Assembly: GCA_950097015.1 (NCBI GenBank)
Contig: CATNEN010000037.1
Span: 4,216,001-4,280,000, forward strand
DNA length: 64,000 nucleotides
Source of the DNA: Macrostomum hystrix
Lineage: Eukaryota; Animalia; Platyhelminthes
Reading direction: 5' to 3'
In this document: piece after piece, positions 11,675 to 24,289 of the stretch
How positions within the stretch are numbered: the first letter of the stretch is position 1
Layout of the letters: each line of letters begins with the position of its first letter
Made by a program: the position numbers and the translations under genes
The notes under the pieces: model-generated
What the model was told of the DNA's origin: nothing
The model's database searches: none
The model's input: the letters and a program-made list of their open reading frames with translations, nothing else

Positions 11675-12034
11675 ATAATAATAATAATATATAATTGCAG
11701 GAGGGCTGCGGGCAATGGAACATTATTTGGTGACACCAGACCCGCAGCCAGCGAGGAAGCAATTCTGCCCATTCCGCTGACTCCAGAGCACACACTCACA
11801 CAGATACCGTACGCAGGCACACGCTCACACATCTGCCCTGACTTTCTCATCGTCAGGCAGTGTACACTCTCACTGTGCCTTGGAGGTTGGCCCTCAAGGG
11901 CGTAAATTGCACGACAAGCCTTCTCTCCGCGGCTGCGCCCCAAATAAATGTGGCCTCGCCGCGGAATCGTGCTCAGGGACCTTGGTGCGAGTGGCAATTA
12001 CGCGTTAATCGCTCTGCCACCAACTCCCCACCCG
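11675..12034 (-). mobile_element. tRNA-derived SINE, family B
   Basis: Minus strand starts GGGGAGTTGGTGGCAGAGCG (A-box) ... GAGCACGATTCC (B-box-like), followed by a ~250-bp body and a (TTA)n tail; colinear with 36258-36625. Confidence 0.8.
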
Positions 12035-12468
12035 GTGCAGCGATATTATTTGATATTTGTCTATGTCGAAAGAGTGTCATGGGCTTCCAAAAAACTCAGA
12101 AAATAAGTTCAGATGATGTCCTTGTTGCTTTATAGCGTACAAATGCAAACCGGACTAAAAACTGACCACTCAGTTTTTGCTTTGCTCAAAGACTTCTATT
12201 TTTGGTTTCTTAGAAAAGCTCTTTCGATGGTTTTTAAAGAAGTGCAGTATTTGTCTTTTTTAGTCTTTTAATAAATAATAAATGCTGTTCTGACATTGCA
12301 AAATTAAATAAAATAGGATCACTTCTACTGGTTGTGGTGGTTTGAGAGGGCATGGCTATGTGATGTGGCTTCAGTGATAGAGAGAGAGGAAGAAATGAAG
12401 CTAAAAATGGAAAAATCTGGGACCAGTCGCGAGTTTGAGTACCATTGCCAGAGTCTAAAACTGTGGCC

Positions 12469-14767
12469 TCAGTTGGCACTCAGCCGATTTGGCAGTACCA
12501 GTTTCGTTTGAAAACTGGAGAAGTCTGCCATCAGCATTCGAGAAATCTCCTCCAGGATGCCATGAAAGTGCACCAGAGATGGAGCAGTCAGTTGGGGCAC
12601 ATTGTACCGCATGAAGCACAGTCGGCGACACAATTCGCGCAGTTGGCAGTTCAGCATCTGCGACGTGCGAAGCAGCTTCGGTGACACTTCCTGCAGTAGC
12701 TTCTCGTGGCTGCGACCTGTGCCTCTATTCCAGGAAATTCAGAATAAATATGGCCTAAATTCTGAATAAATTCAGAATAAACAGCGCTCGTTATGAACCT
12801 GTTAGACAGTGAGCCCACCTGTTAGACAGTGAGCCCACCTGTTAGACAGTGAGCCTACCTGTTAGACAGTGAGCCTACCTGTTAGACAGTGAGCCTACCT
12901 GTTAGACAGTGAGCCTACCTGTTAGACAGTGAGCCCACCTGTTAGACAGTGAGCCCACCTGTAAGACAGTGAGCCTACCTGTTAGACAGTGAGCCTACCT
13001 GTTAGACAGTGAGCCCACCTGTTAGACAGTGAGCCCACCTGTTAGACAGTGAGCCCACCTGTTAGACAGTGAGCCCACCTGTTAGACAGTGAGCCCACCT
13101 GTTAGACAGTGAGCCCACCTGTTAGACAGTGAGCCCACCTGTTAGACAGTGAGCCCACCTGTTAGACAGTGAGCCCACCTGTTAGACAGTGGGCCCACCT
13201 GTTAGACAGTGAGCCCACCTGTTAGACAGTGAACCTACCTGTTAAACCGTGAGCGCAATTTTTCGGACCGTGAGTGCATATGTAAGAAAGGGACCAATGT
13301 GTTAGGCACTATATTATGTGTAGTGCAGCATACTCAAGCAGTGCTCACAGATTGGGGCACAGCATCATCTCCTTTGATTTTCTTTGTTCTCCTTCTGCTT
13401 TTGCCGCCTGTTTCTGGCCGGCCTCTTTCCTGACCTGGCGTTTCGGAACGTGTCTGCTTTCAGTGCGGCGTACGGACTCTCCCTTTGACAGTCGCCGCTG
13501 CCCTTCTTGGCGGCTTGACGGCCTTGAAGCTGCGTCGCCTGCTCTGCTGTGGCGGTGGAGGACTGTTTCGTTAGGTTCGCAGCGTCCGCGCCCTGTAAAT
13601 TCGTCTTCGATGTCTGCGGTTGAGCCAGACAATGGCTCGACGAGATGCCTTCTTGGCGACGAGCGACCGTCTTGTAGTTGTTCTCGCACAATTTCAGTTG
13701 CCGACTAAATGAGAGTTTCGAATAGAAGTAAACAATTCTTGCTTCTATTTACTACCTATAGAACGATTTTATCTACGGTTCCTGCAACGATTCTAGCTAC
13801 GATTCCTGCAACGATTCTAGCTACGATTCCTGCAATGATTCTAGCTACGACTCCTGCAACGATTCTAGCTACGATTCCTGCAACGATTCTAGCTACGATT
13901 CCTGCAACGATTCTAGCTACGATTCCTGCAACGATTCTAGCTGCGAATCCTGCAACGATTCTAGCTACGATTCCTGAAACGATTCTAGCTACGATTCCTG
14001 AAACGATTCTAGCTACGATACCTGCAATGATTCTAGCTACGATTCCTGCAACGATTCTAGCTACGATTCCTGCAATGATTCTAGCTGCGATTCCTGCAAC
14101 GATTCTAGCTGCGATTCCTGTAACGATTCTAGCTGCGATTCCTGCAACGATTCTAGCTACGATTCCTGCAACGATTCTAGCTACGATTCCTGCAACGATT
14201 CTAGCTACGATTCCTGCAACGATTCTAGCTACGATTCCTGCAACGATTCTAGCTACGATTCCTGCAACGATTCTAGCTACGATTCCTGCAACGGTTCTAG
14301 CTACGATTCCTGCAACGATTCTAGCTACGATTCCTGCAACGATTCTAGCTACGATTCCTGCAACGATTCTAGCTACGATTCCTGCAACGATTCTAGCTAC
14401 GATTCCTGCAACGATTCTAGCTACGATTCCTGCAACGATTCTAGCTACGATTCCTGCAACGATTCTAGCTACGATTCCTGCAAAAGAGCCAACGATTCTA
14501 GTTACGAGTTTTCGTAAATTCATGTGACACAATTTTTTGCTGGCGCATAATTTAAAGTTATTAAGTTAAACGAACCAAACTACTAGCGTACGTATATATA
14601 GCGCATGCACTGGCCACAGAGAAAGGTGGTGTATAAAATTACCTGCAGCTTTCCGACACGTTATTCACAGTTAATGCACCAAAAACAATGCTGCTTCGGG
14701 TGCTGCTGCGGCTGCTGATGGTCCCGTCAACCTCCTTGATCTTCTTCTTTAATCGCCTTCTGTGCAT
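12469..14767 (-). CDS. Uncharacterised multi-exon gene (5' exon frame unresolved)
   Basis: Exon 13704-13349 (SATEIVREQ...MLCPN) joins in phase to terminal exon 12724-12469 (GTGRSHEKLLQEVSPKLL...RLSAN*). A candidate first exon 14767-14643 ends at a gtaatt donor but in a different phase. No recognisable domain. Confidence 0.5.
12797..13250. repeat. 20-bp minisatellite (GTTAGACAGTGAGCCCACCT)n, ~23 units, intronic
   Basis: Exact 20-nt period; CACCTG and TACCTG variant units. Confidence 0.98.
13775..14482. repeat. 24-bp minisatellite (ACGATTCTAGCTACGATTCCTGCA)n, intronic
   Basis: 24-nt period built from two related 12-mers; it generates the spurious TILATIPA / RIVAGIVA ORFs. Confidence 0.98.
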
Positions 14768-14800
14768 TTGCGAGACAGCAAATAAATTTTTAACCTAAAT

Positions 14801-15650
14801 AAGTGTTTCAACCTATGACCCAAATAAGTGTTTCAACCTATGACCCAAATGTTTCAACCTATGACCCAAATAAGTGTTTCAAACTATGACCCAAATGAAT
14901 GCTTCAAACTATGACCCAAATGAATGCTTCAACCTATGACCCAAATGAATGTTTCAACCTATGACCCAAATGAATGCTTCAAACTATGACCCAAATGAAT
15001 GTTTCAACCTATGACCCAAATGAATGTTTCAACCTATGACCCAAATAAATGTTTCAACCTATGACCCAAATGAATGTTTCAACCTATGACCCAAATAAAT
15101 GTTTCAACCTATGACCCAAATGTTTCAACCTATGACACAAATGAATGCTTCAAACTATGACCCAAATAAATGTTTCAACCTATGACCCAAATGTTTCAAC
15201 CTATGACACAAATGAATGCTTCAAACTATGACCCAAATAAATGTTTCAACCTATGACCCAAATAAGTGTTTCAACCTATGACCCAAATTAATGTTTTAAT
15301 CTATGACCCAAATTAATGCTTCAAACTATGACCCAAATAAATGTTTCAACCTGTGACCCAAATTAATGCTTCAAACTATGACCCAAATGAATGTTTCAAC
15401 CTATGACCCAAATGAATGTTTCAACCTATGACCCAAATTAATGCTTCAAACTATGACCCAAATGAATGTTTCAACCTATGACCCAAATGAATGCTTCAAA
15501 CTATGACCCAAATTAATGCTTCAAACTATGACCCAAATGAAATGTTTCAACCTATGACCCAAATGAATGCTTCAAACTATGACCCAAATGAATGCTTCAA
15601 ACTATGACCCAAATGAATGTTTCAAACTATGACCCAAATAAATGTTTCAA
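14801..15650. repeat. 25-bp minisatellite (TGTTTCAACCTATGACCCAAATGAA)n
   Basis: 25-nt period with occasional 21-nt deletion units. Confidence 0.97.
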
Positions 15651-16202
15651 GTATTGTAGAGAATAACGGCAAAATGCACTCACATGCTTATCGGCGGGCT
15701 AGATGTACTTTTAGTAGTAGTTGTGATATTGGAAGTATTTAATTTGCTGCTGCCGCTGCTGATACTGCTTTTGCTCCAATCAGAGCTATTTGAACTAAGC
15801 AAAGCCATTTGTCTCACATGGTCGCGTCCGCAAACTTTCGATTGCATCATATTGTACTAGTGTTGAGCTCACCGCTCAGCGCAATCAAACATTCATACCT
15901 AAAAGTTAAAAAACTATATATTTTACTCACTTAACTTAACACGTTTATTAAAGCTATTCGAAACTATTGAAGCCGATTTGAAATAACACAAGTATACTTA
16001 TTAATTCAATGAATTGTCTATGGCATCAAATTATAACGTATCCAAAATAAAAATGGAAGAATGTACAAACACATATAGTAGGTCTCTTTTAAGATATGTA
16101 AAAATGATCTAAGGCTAACTTTAATGCTAAGCAAAAAGTTAAAAGGACTTAATTAAGTTGATGAAAAGATAGCAGAACACAAATATCAATGTACCTGCAT
16201 TG

Positions 16203-17325
16203 TCATTCACCCACACTGTCTTAAGTCATTCACCCATACTAACTTCAGTCATTCACCCAACCTGTCTTAAGTCATTCACCCATACTATCTTCAGTCATTC
16301 ACGCACACTGTCTTAAGTCATTCACCCATACTAACTTCAGTCATTCACCCAACCTGTCTTAAGTCATTCACCCATACTATCTTCAGTCATTCACGCACAC
16401 TGTCTGCAGTCATTCACCCACTCTTTCTCCAGTCATTCACCCACACTGTCTGCAGTCATTCACCCACACTGTCTTCATTCATTCACCCATACTGTCTTCA
16501 GTCATTCACCCATTCTGTCTGCAGTGATTCACCCACACTGTCTGCAGTCATTCACCCACTCTTTCTCCAGTCATTCACCCACACTGTCTCCAGTCATTCA
16601 CCCACACCATCTGCAGTCATTCACCTACTCTTTCTCCAGTCATTCACCCACACTGTCTGCAGTCATTCACCCACACTGTCTGTAGTCATTCACGTACACT
16701 GTTTTCAGTCATTCACCCACTCTGTCTGCAGTCATTCACCCACTCTGTCTGCAGTCATTCACCCACACTGTCTTCAGTCATTCACCCACACTGTCTTCAG
16801 TCATTCACCCACTCTTTCTCCAGTCATTCACCCACACTGTCTGCAGTCATTCACCCACACTGTCTGTAGTCATTCACGTACACTGTTTTCAGTCATTCAC
16901 CCACTCTGTCTGCAGTCATTCACCCACTCTGTCTGCAGTCATTCACCCACACTGTCTTCAGTCATTCACCCACACTGTCTTCAGTCATTCACCCACTCTT
17001 TCTCCAGTCATTCACCCACACTGTCTGCAGTCATTCACCCACACTGTCTTCATTCATTCACCCATACTGTCTTCAGTCATTCACCCACTCTGTCTGCAGT
17101 GATTCACCCACACTGTCTGCAGTCATTCACCCACACTGTCTGCAGTCATTCACGTACACTGTTTTCAGTCATTCACCCACTCTGTCCGCAGTCATTCACC
17201 CACACTGTCTGCAGTCATTCACCCACACTGTCTTCAGTCATTCACCCACACTGTCTTCAGTCATTCACCCACACTGTCCGCAGTCATTCACCCACACTGT
17301 CTTCAGTCATTCACCCACACTGTCT
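16203..17325. repeat. 23-bp minisatellite (CAGTCATTCACCCACACTGTCTG)n with higher-order blocks
   Basis: 23-nt period; variant units (CTTTCTC, CACGTAC) recur in blocks. Confidence 0.97.
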
Positions 17326-18213
17326 TAATATTTAATTTACAAATATTTAATCACTCGCGGTCCTCTGAAGTCTGAAAATGTTTGCAAAATGATAAAGAAC
17401 GAAATTCACTTGATAGAACGATAGCAGAACACGAATTTGAATGTACCTACTTCCAATCAGCTAGTAGTATATTACGACAAAAACGAAGCACAAAATATAT
17501 TTACAAATAACAAATATATATGATGTTGCATTGAGACAGCTGCTATACATTGTGAGAGAGGAGCTGAACGAGCCAAAACAAATTCAATATTGCAAACGGT
17601 AGGGACATGATATTAATTTAACACTCGCATTCGATAAACATGACGGAATAGCGCACATAGAATCAGAAACGAATTAAGCTGAATGCTAACAAATCGAATG
17701 CTTTGAAAATGACATTACAGCTTTGCAACTAATTTGTTTAAACGCATAAATCTATAAGAGCCTAAAAAGAAGAGCTGGAGTGCCACCGAACTGAGGCCAC
17801 TTTGTCCCAGATGTGCACCAATTTATTTCAAATTTGTAAATCATTGCTCTATGAGTGAGCGGAATGACAGGATGTATTGCCAGCTAATTAAGTTGAATTG
17901 TTTATCAAAATAACGATTTGGACTTAGCGGACAGGTAAGTTTAGGATTAAGCGCCACGATCGTTTAATATAATCCCATTAGAATCGTTTTAATTGCTAAA
18001 ATTTGCCGCAATAAAATTGAAAGTTGTAAACTTGCTGCCAGCGCATTGCGGTGGGGCTCTGTTCCCGAGTGAAGCCTTTTACCTAACTTTAATAGCCTCG
18101 CTCGTGACTGACAATCAGACACTTGAAAGGGCAATGAAATCAGATATTTGAGTACAATGAACTCATCAACTATATATAAGATTGCAATCTATATGTAAAG
18201 CATGCTGGGAGGT

Positions 18214-21076
18214 TCAGGGCGACGAAGCAGTGCAGCAGCCGGCGGCTCGGTGCTTTGCCAGCAGTCCCATGCGGCTGAAGGTCTTGCCGCAGGCCTGGCA
18301 GCGGTACTTCTTCACCTCCGAGTGCGTCTGCATGTGGGCGCGCAGGTTAGACCGGTCGGCGAAGGCCCGCTGGCACACCTGGCACTGGAATGGCTTCTCG
18401 CCAGTGTGCGTCCTCAGGTGGCCGTTCAGCAGCCACATCCGGCTGAAGGCCTTGCCGCAGACGCGGCACTGGCAGGGCAGGGTGTGGGTGCGGATGTGCA
18501 TCTTCAGCGCGCTGAGGCTGCAGTACTCCTTGTGACAGCGGGTGCAGTTGAATCTGCGGGCTTCTCCACCGCAGCCACCGGACTCCAGGTGCTTCAACAG
18601 GCCGGAGGGTGTGGTGTAGACTCGGCCGCAGCGGTCGCACGACAGGCCGCCGGACGATGCCGACGCCTGGCCCGACCTCTTCGCTGTGGCCGACTGATCA
18701 GCTGGCTGAGCCTGCGACAATGGCGGTGTCGCTGGCGGGGACGTCGAGGAGGGCAGTCGATCGGCGGCGGACGCATCGTTGGAGGCGACAGAGGAGCCGA
18801 GCGGCGTCGAACGGCAGGATGACGGCGGCTGCGCCGGGATCGGCGGCAGCGGCAGACGCAGCGGCGGCAGCGTTGGAGTCGTTGAAGCGCTGATGATGCC
18901 GGTGGGAAGGCAAGTCGCGCTGGGCCAGCACATTGGATGCGACAGCGAAGGCAGCGACGGGCAAGTAGACACTGTGGCGCCGTTGACGCGATGCGACCTG
19001 GCCAGCTCCTGGGCCTTCGCCATGGCGCGCATCTGGAAGTCAGCGAACAGGCCCGGATAAGCACAGATGTTCTCCAGCGTCGGCTTCATCTCCTCTCTGC
19101 GCAAGAGCAGCGGCGGAGGCAGCGAGAACGGCAGCTGCCGATGCTGATGAAGCAGCTGGGGATGAAACGGAAGGAAACCTGCGGCTGCCGCTGCGGCAAA
19201 GACGGCAGTGATTGGCTGCTGCTGCTGCTGCTGCATTGCTGTACTCGGCGATCTGTGTTTTATAAATTGAATTGAGTTTATTTTATTAAATTATTCAGCA
19301 AAGTTTGGGCACAGGAGCTTATATTCCAGCTCAAGCTGAGCTGCATGTGGATGCCAGGCTACCATAAGCTCAATTCGTATTAGTCGTGGACCCTGAGACT
19401 AAAAGAAGGCTTTAAACTGTTGCGAATCGCGTCAATTTGGCTGCAGGTAGTTGGATTCGGGAAGGCAACGTGTTGAATTTTATTTCTACCTGCCTGATCT
19501 ATAAAATCCAATGCTAATAATGAGCATATGACTCGTGCAGTCGTGCAGAGACTTAAGAGCCAATGAACTTAGTCTTTAAACTGAATCACCTGATGGAATT
19601 TAGCACCCTAAAATCCCCCTAAAGCCTGTTTACAGGATAAGCATAGTCCCTAAATCCAAAGGTGCTAAAACCAGCTCCCACAGGTATTGGAGCTTTGGCT
19701 CCTTTGGTTCCTGAATTATCCCACTGAGAGAGACTTGAACAGGCGGGGATCAGCAATTAATTTGCGTGGGCGCATGCAACTTGGCTTGATTGGCAAAATT
19801 GGCTTTTTATGTTTGAAGATGAAAATGAATGAAAATATTCAGTTTCAATGCTAACCAGCTGTAGATCCTAGCGTACACAAATCCACACTTATTGGTTGCC
19901 AAGTGTCCCAACTATGACTTAGAAAAATTCAATTTCTCTACAAAATGCTAGCGCGTTTAGCAAGAAAAAAATTCGGGATTCAATATCGAAAATTATTTGA
20001 AAAAATCGCGCTAAATTTTTTCTCGCTCGGAGCTGCAGTGCGAGAAAAAAAACTGCTAAAACAATAGAATCTCACACGAGCTATAGCGCCTATTGTTTTA
20101 TAAAAGTGAAAGTTTTTTGTGCTATGGACTGGTGGCTTCGTGATCCAATAACTGATCCAGGAGCTTCTGAGTTCTTGTTTTTTTGTAATTCGATAAAAAA
20201 ATTCTTCAATGCCACATGCCAAATATTCGGGTGGCAACACCGCCTATTGTTTTGAGCTTCGTTCACTCTGGGAGAATTTCAAATTTCATTAGATATCCTC
20301 TTATTCTAGTGAAAAAATGAAATGCAATAAATGAAAATGTTGATAATTAAATAAAACTTACAAGACTTTAGTTTCGTTGGCTGAACTTACAGAACTGGTC
20401 TTCCTTTGTTTCTTTAGTTAATGCAACAATTGCAATCAGAAACTTTTGTCTGGCTGAAAGATACTCAAAATTTGAATTGAGCCTCTGTGAAGAACTTCGC
20501 ATTATAAACTCGGTCTGGGCCAGAAATCCTGAGCGGTCGCCCATTCCCCCAAGTCAGGCCGCTGCCAACCAATGGCGTCTAAGGAGAGCGTCTAAGCTAT
20601 CTCGCCATTGGTCCGGCTGTTTGCTGAATGCCCGGGGCCGGGGCTGGAGGGACAAACAGTCCCCTCACACTATCGGCGCCTCCCTGTCTCCCCGGCCTGG
20701 GAGATGGGGGAGAATATTCCCACGGGCAATGGTCCATCTGATTAACAGTGTCAGGTGGCAACTTCCTTAAGCTGTTGTTCCTATTTCTAAATACTATTAT
20801 CAGGCCTCTGCTATCAGCCCTCTAAACAGCAGCTGCCAGCCCAGTGTCCCGCGGCGCGCGCCGGCGATGTTTTTAAAACACTGCGAGGCAAAACAAGGGC
20901 TCCATGATGCGTAGGCAGACTGTGCCATAGATATCCGCCTTGACAATACCGCATTGGGCAACGCTCTGCTTAACTTACCTTGCTGATGCTGCTGCTGATG
21001 AGCTGTCAGGCCTGTTGGTTGCCATGCGGCTGTGCTGCGACGGTGGGCGGACGGCTAATTTTTGTTCTGCTTTCAT
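18214..21076 (-). CDS. snail: Snail-family C2H2 zinc-finger transcription factor
   Basis: Diagnostic fingers [14 protein letters not shown]..CGKAFSRxWLLxGH.RTHTGEKPF...[22 protein letters not shown]...[12 protein letters not shown]. Exon 21076-20979 (gtaagt donor, phase 2) joins in frame to exon 19252-18214. Confidence 0.95.
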
Positions 21077-21344
21077 TTTTTTTACTTCAAGGGCGACTGG
21101 ACGAGTTTGACAGGAGCCCGGCAGCTGGCACGGGCTGTTAGCCCCGCTGCGACCATTGGGTCATTACATAGTTGTGCTTTACCGACTTTCTGGCCATCTC
21201 GCCAGCAACACTTGGCACAACTGCCTTCCCGTTTCTCGCCGTTTCTTTGGTCTTAGCCGATCTTCTGCACAATCACCTGTTTTTACTCGTTTTCCTGCAT
21301 TGCTTCGTTTTCTACGCCGTTAACTTTCATTCCCCTTTTTCACT

Positions 21345-22812
21345 CACTGTCACACACTCAATCGCTCTCACTCACTCTCACTCACTCTCACATGCACACT
21401 CTCACTCACTCTCACATGCACACTCTCACTCACTCTCACTCACTCTCACATGCACACTCTCACTCACTCTCACATGCACACTCTCACTCACTCTCACATG
21501 CACACTCTCACGCACTCTCACCCACTCTCACTCACTATCACTCACTCTCACATGCACACTCTCACTCACTCTCACCCACTCTCACTCGCTCTCACATGCA
21601 CACTCTCACTCACTCTCACCCACTCTCACTCACTCTCACTCACTCTCACTCACTCTCACTCACTCTCACTTACTCTCACTCACTCTCACTCACTCTCACT
21701 CACTCTCACTTACTCTCACTCACTCTCACATGCACACTCTCACTCACTCTCACTCACTCTCACTCACTCTCACTCACTCTCAATCACTCTCACTTACTCT
21801 CACTCACTCTCACATGCACACTCTCACTCACTCTCACTCACTCTCACTCACTCTCACTCACTCTCAATCACTCTCAATCACTCTCACTCACTCTCACTCA
21901 CTCTCAATCACTCTCACTCACTCTCACATGCACACTCTCACTCACTCTCACTCACTCTCACTCACTCTCACTTACTCTCACTCACTCTCAATCACCCTCA
22001 CTCACCCTCACTCACTCTCACATGCACACTCTCACTCACTCTCACTCACTCTCACTCACTCTCACTTACTCTCACTCACTCTCAATCACTCTCACTCACT
22101 CTCACTCACTCTCACTCACTCTCACATGCACACTCTCACTCACTCTCACTTACTCTCACTCACTCTCACTCACTCTCACTCACTCTCAATCACCCTCACT
22201 CACTCTCACATGCACACTCTCACTCACTCTCAATCACCCTCACTCACTCTCACATGCACACTCTCACTCACTCTCACTCACTCTCACTCACTCTCACTTA
22301 CTCTCACTCACTCTCAATCACTCTCACTCACTCTCACTCACTCTCACTCACTCTCACATGCACACTCTCACTCACTCTCACTTACTCTCACTCACTCTCA
22401 CTCACTCTCACTCACTCTCAATCACCCTCACTCACTCTCACTCACTCTCACTCACTCTCACTCACTCTCACTCACTCTCACTCACTCTCACTTACTCTCA
22501 CTCACTCTCAATCACTCTCACCCACTCTCACTCACTCTCAATCACCCTCACTCACTCTCACTCACTCTCACTCACTCTCACTCACTCTCACTCACTCTCA
22601 CTCACTCTCACTCACTCTCACTCACTCTCAATCACCCTCACTCACCCTCACTCACTCTCACTCACTCTCACTCACTCTCACTCACTCTCACTCACTCTCA
22701 CTCACTCTCACTTACTCTCACTCACTCTCAATCACTCTCACTCACTCTCACTCACTCTCACTTACTCTCACTCACTCTCAATCACTCTCACTCACTCTCA
22801 CATGCACACTTT
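21345..22812. repeat. ~1.45-kb compound microsatellite of CTCA / CACTCT / CATGCA units upstream of snail
   Basis: Low-complexity (CACT)(CT) mosaic; the three long H/S/L/T ORFs are repeat artefacts. Confidence 0.98.
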
Positions 22813-24289
22813 CACTCTCTATATCATTCACTCACACGCAATGGTTATTCAAAGGTAAAGGTAGGCAGACATAGTAGATGGTGCACAATAAAACTTACAG
22901 CAGTTCGAAGCGGTCGCATTGTGGCCTCAGTGTGACTAGCCGGCCGCTTACCAGGTGGCCTTTGGCTTGTGCCAGTGGCCCGCATCTCATTGCTTTAGCT
23001 GGAATTCAATCGCTTATCGTAAGTGAATAAAATTATCTTGCGTCACTCTATAAGACCCGTCTGTTGAACATCACCAAAGCCGGCTATTGGAAAAAATGAT
23101 GACGCCTAATTAATTGGTCAGTGATTTTTCATTCAAATTTTTGTGCTCAAACGGATAGATTGGCCTTCCGGTTTCTACAATAAGATGTATTAAATTTCAG
23201 GTATACTCGTAGATAGATACTGGTAGATATTTAGGTTAGCTATTATTTATTACACAAGCCCCAGGTGGTTAGCGATGTTCAGCAGACTGTAGGGGGATCA
23301 ATGGGATGGGGAGGACATCACGTGATCAGCAAGGTGGGCAAAGTCGTGCACCTGGACAATACGAGCAAGTGCAGATGCGCACGAAGCTAGGCCGATGCTC
23401 TCCGCAGTCGCTCAAGATAAACTGTTAGAAAGGAATCATAGACAGCGCCAAGGTGGACCTCGATGATGAAGCAGGTTTCTGACCCAGCGCTATCAACTGC
23501 TGGTGCACGCAGCAGTCTTCATAAACTCTGTCTGAGCAATCCATCAAATTGAATCCCCTCAACGGTGGCTGATTGTTGTAAACACTGCCACTTCTGCGAT
23601 TCCCCTTATAGGCAGTGCGACAAGTGCTTCACATGGCTTCATCATATTCCCGAGCCGGCAATAGCCCCCATGCAGACCTGCATCACATCCGCATTATTGG
23701 TTGCTATGCAGATTTGTAAATTGCGATCTTACCTGAAGGACTACACCTTGGCGGGAGCTGGGCAAATATGGATCTTATGCGAGTTTAGATTGGGGCTGTG
23801 ACATAGGGGGGAATGTGAAGTGACTGATGAGCCACCTGAGGGCCGGTGCAGCGGCTAAGCAAGCATTTCAAAGGGCTATTCTTTGAAAGTTAGTTTTGTC
23901 AACTGGGGTTGGGGTTCTGCCTACCGTGGCTTGGAGCCATTGGTGACCGAGAATTTGGTGACAGCTGCATCATACGAATGGTTTGTCAATTTTTGCCATG
24001 CGATGGTGGACAATAGTGGGGCCGACTATCGCAATGTCTGCGTGGAGGAATAAAAACAGCAGTGTTGGATGACACCTTTGCTGCCAATGGGTAACCATGC
24101 AAGGCTGTTCGACTTGGGGTTCAAGATCATTTTGAACTTGAGCTATAATCTGATGCTGTGATGTATAGAAGAACACTTTACTGATGACCTAATCAATGAA
24201 TGCCACTAAAATCACTGAATAAAATTATCCTAGGCTATAAAGAGTTGCATTGGTAGAACTTTGATGCAAGACTTCTATTAGGATTTAAC

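Noticed and set aside
11835-11870. CTGACGATGAGAAAGTCAG in SINE B as a hammerhead ribozyme (also ~36435)
   Set aside because: CUGANGA is present but stem II is followed by GGGC rather than GAAA, and stems I/III cannot be formed; it is a simple hairpin.
13709-14532. 272/258-aa repetitive ORFs (also 21172-22935, 24278-24822, 26410-26951, 27583-27927, 44828-45676, 57712-58102)
   Set aside because: These are translations of tandem repeats open by chance; they lie in introns or intergenic DNA with no splice or start support.
19890-20240. Possible hAT-like MITE in the snail intron (GTTGCCA...TGGCAAC); small inverted repeat at 35768-35900
   Set aside because: Terminal matches are only ~7-15 bp and no target-site duplication was found.
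23990-24170. VDNSGAD peptide resembling DUF89/PANK4
   Set aside because: Only six residues match, followed by an in-frame stop and no continuing similarity.
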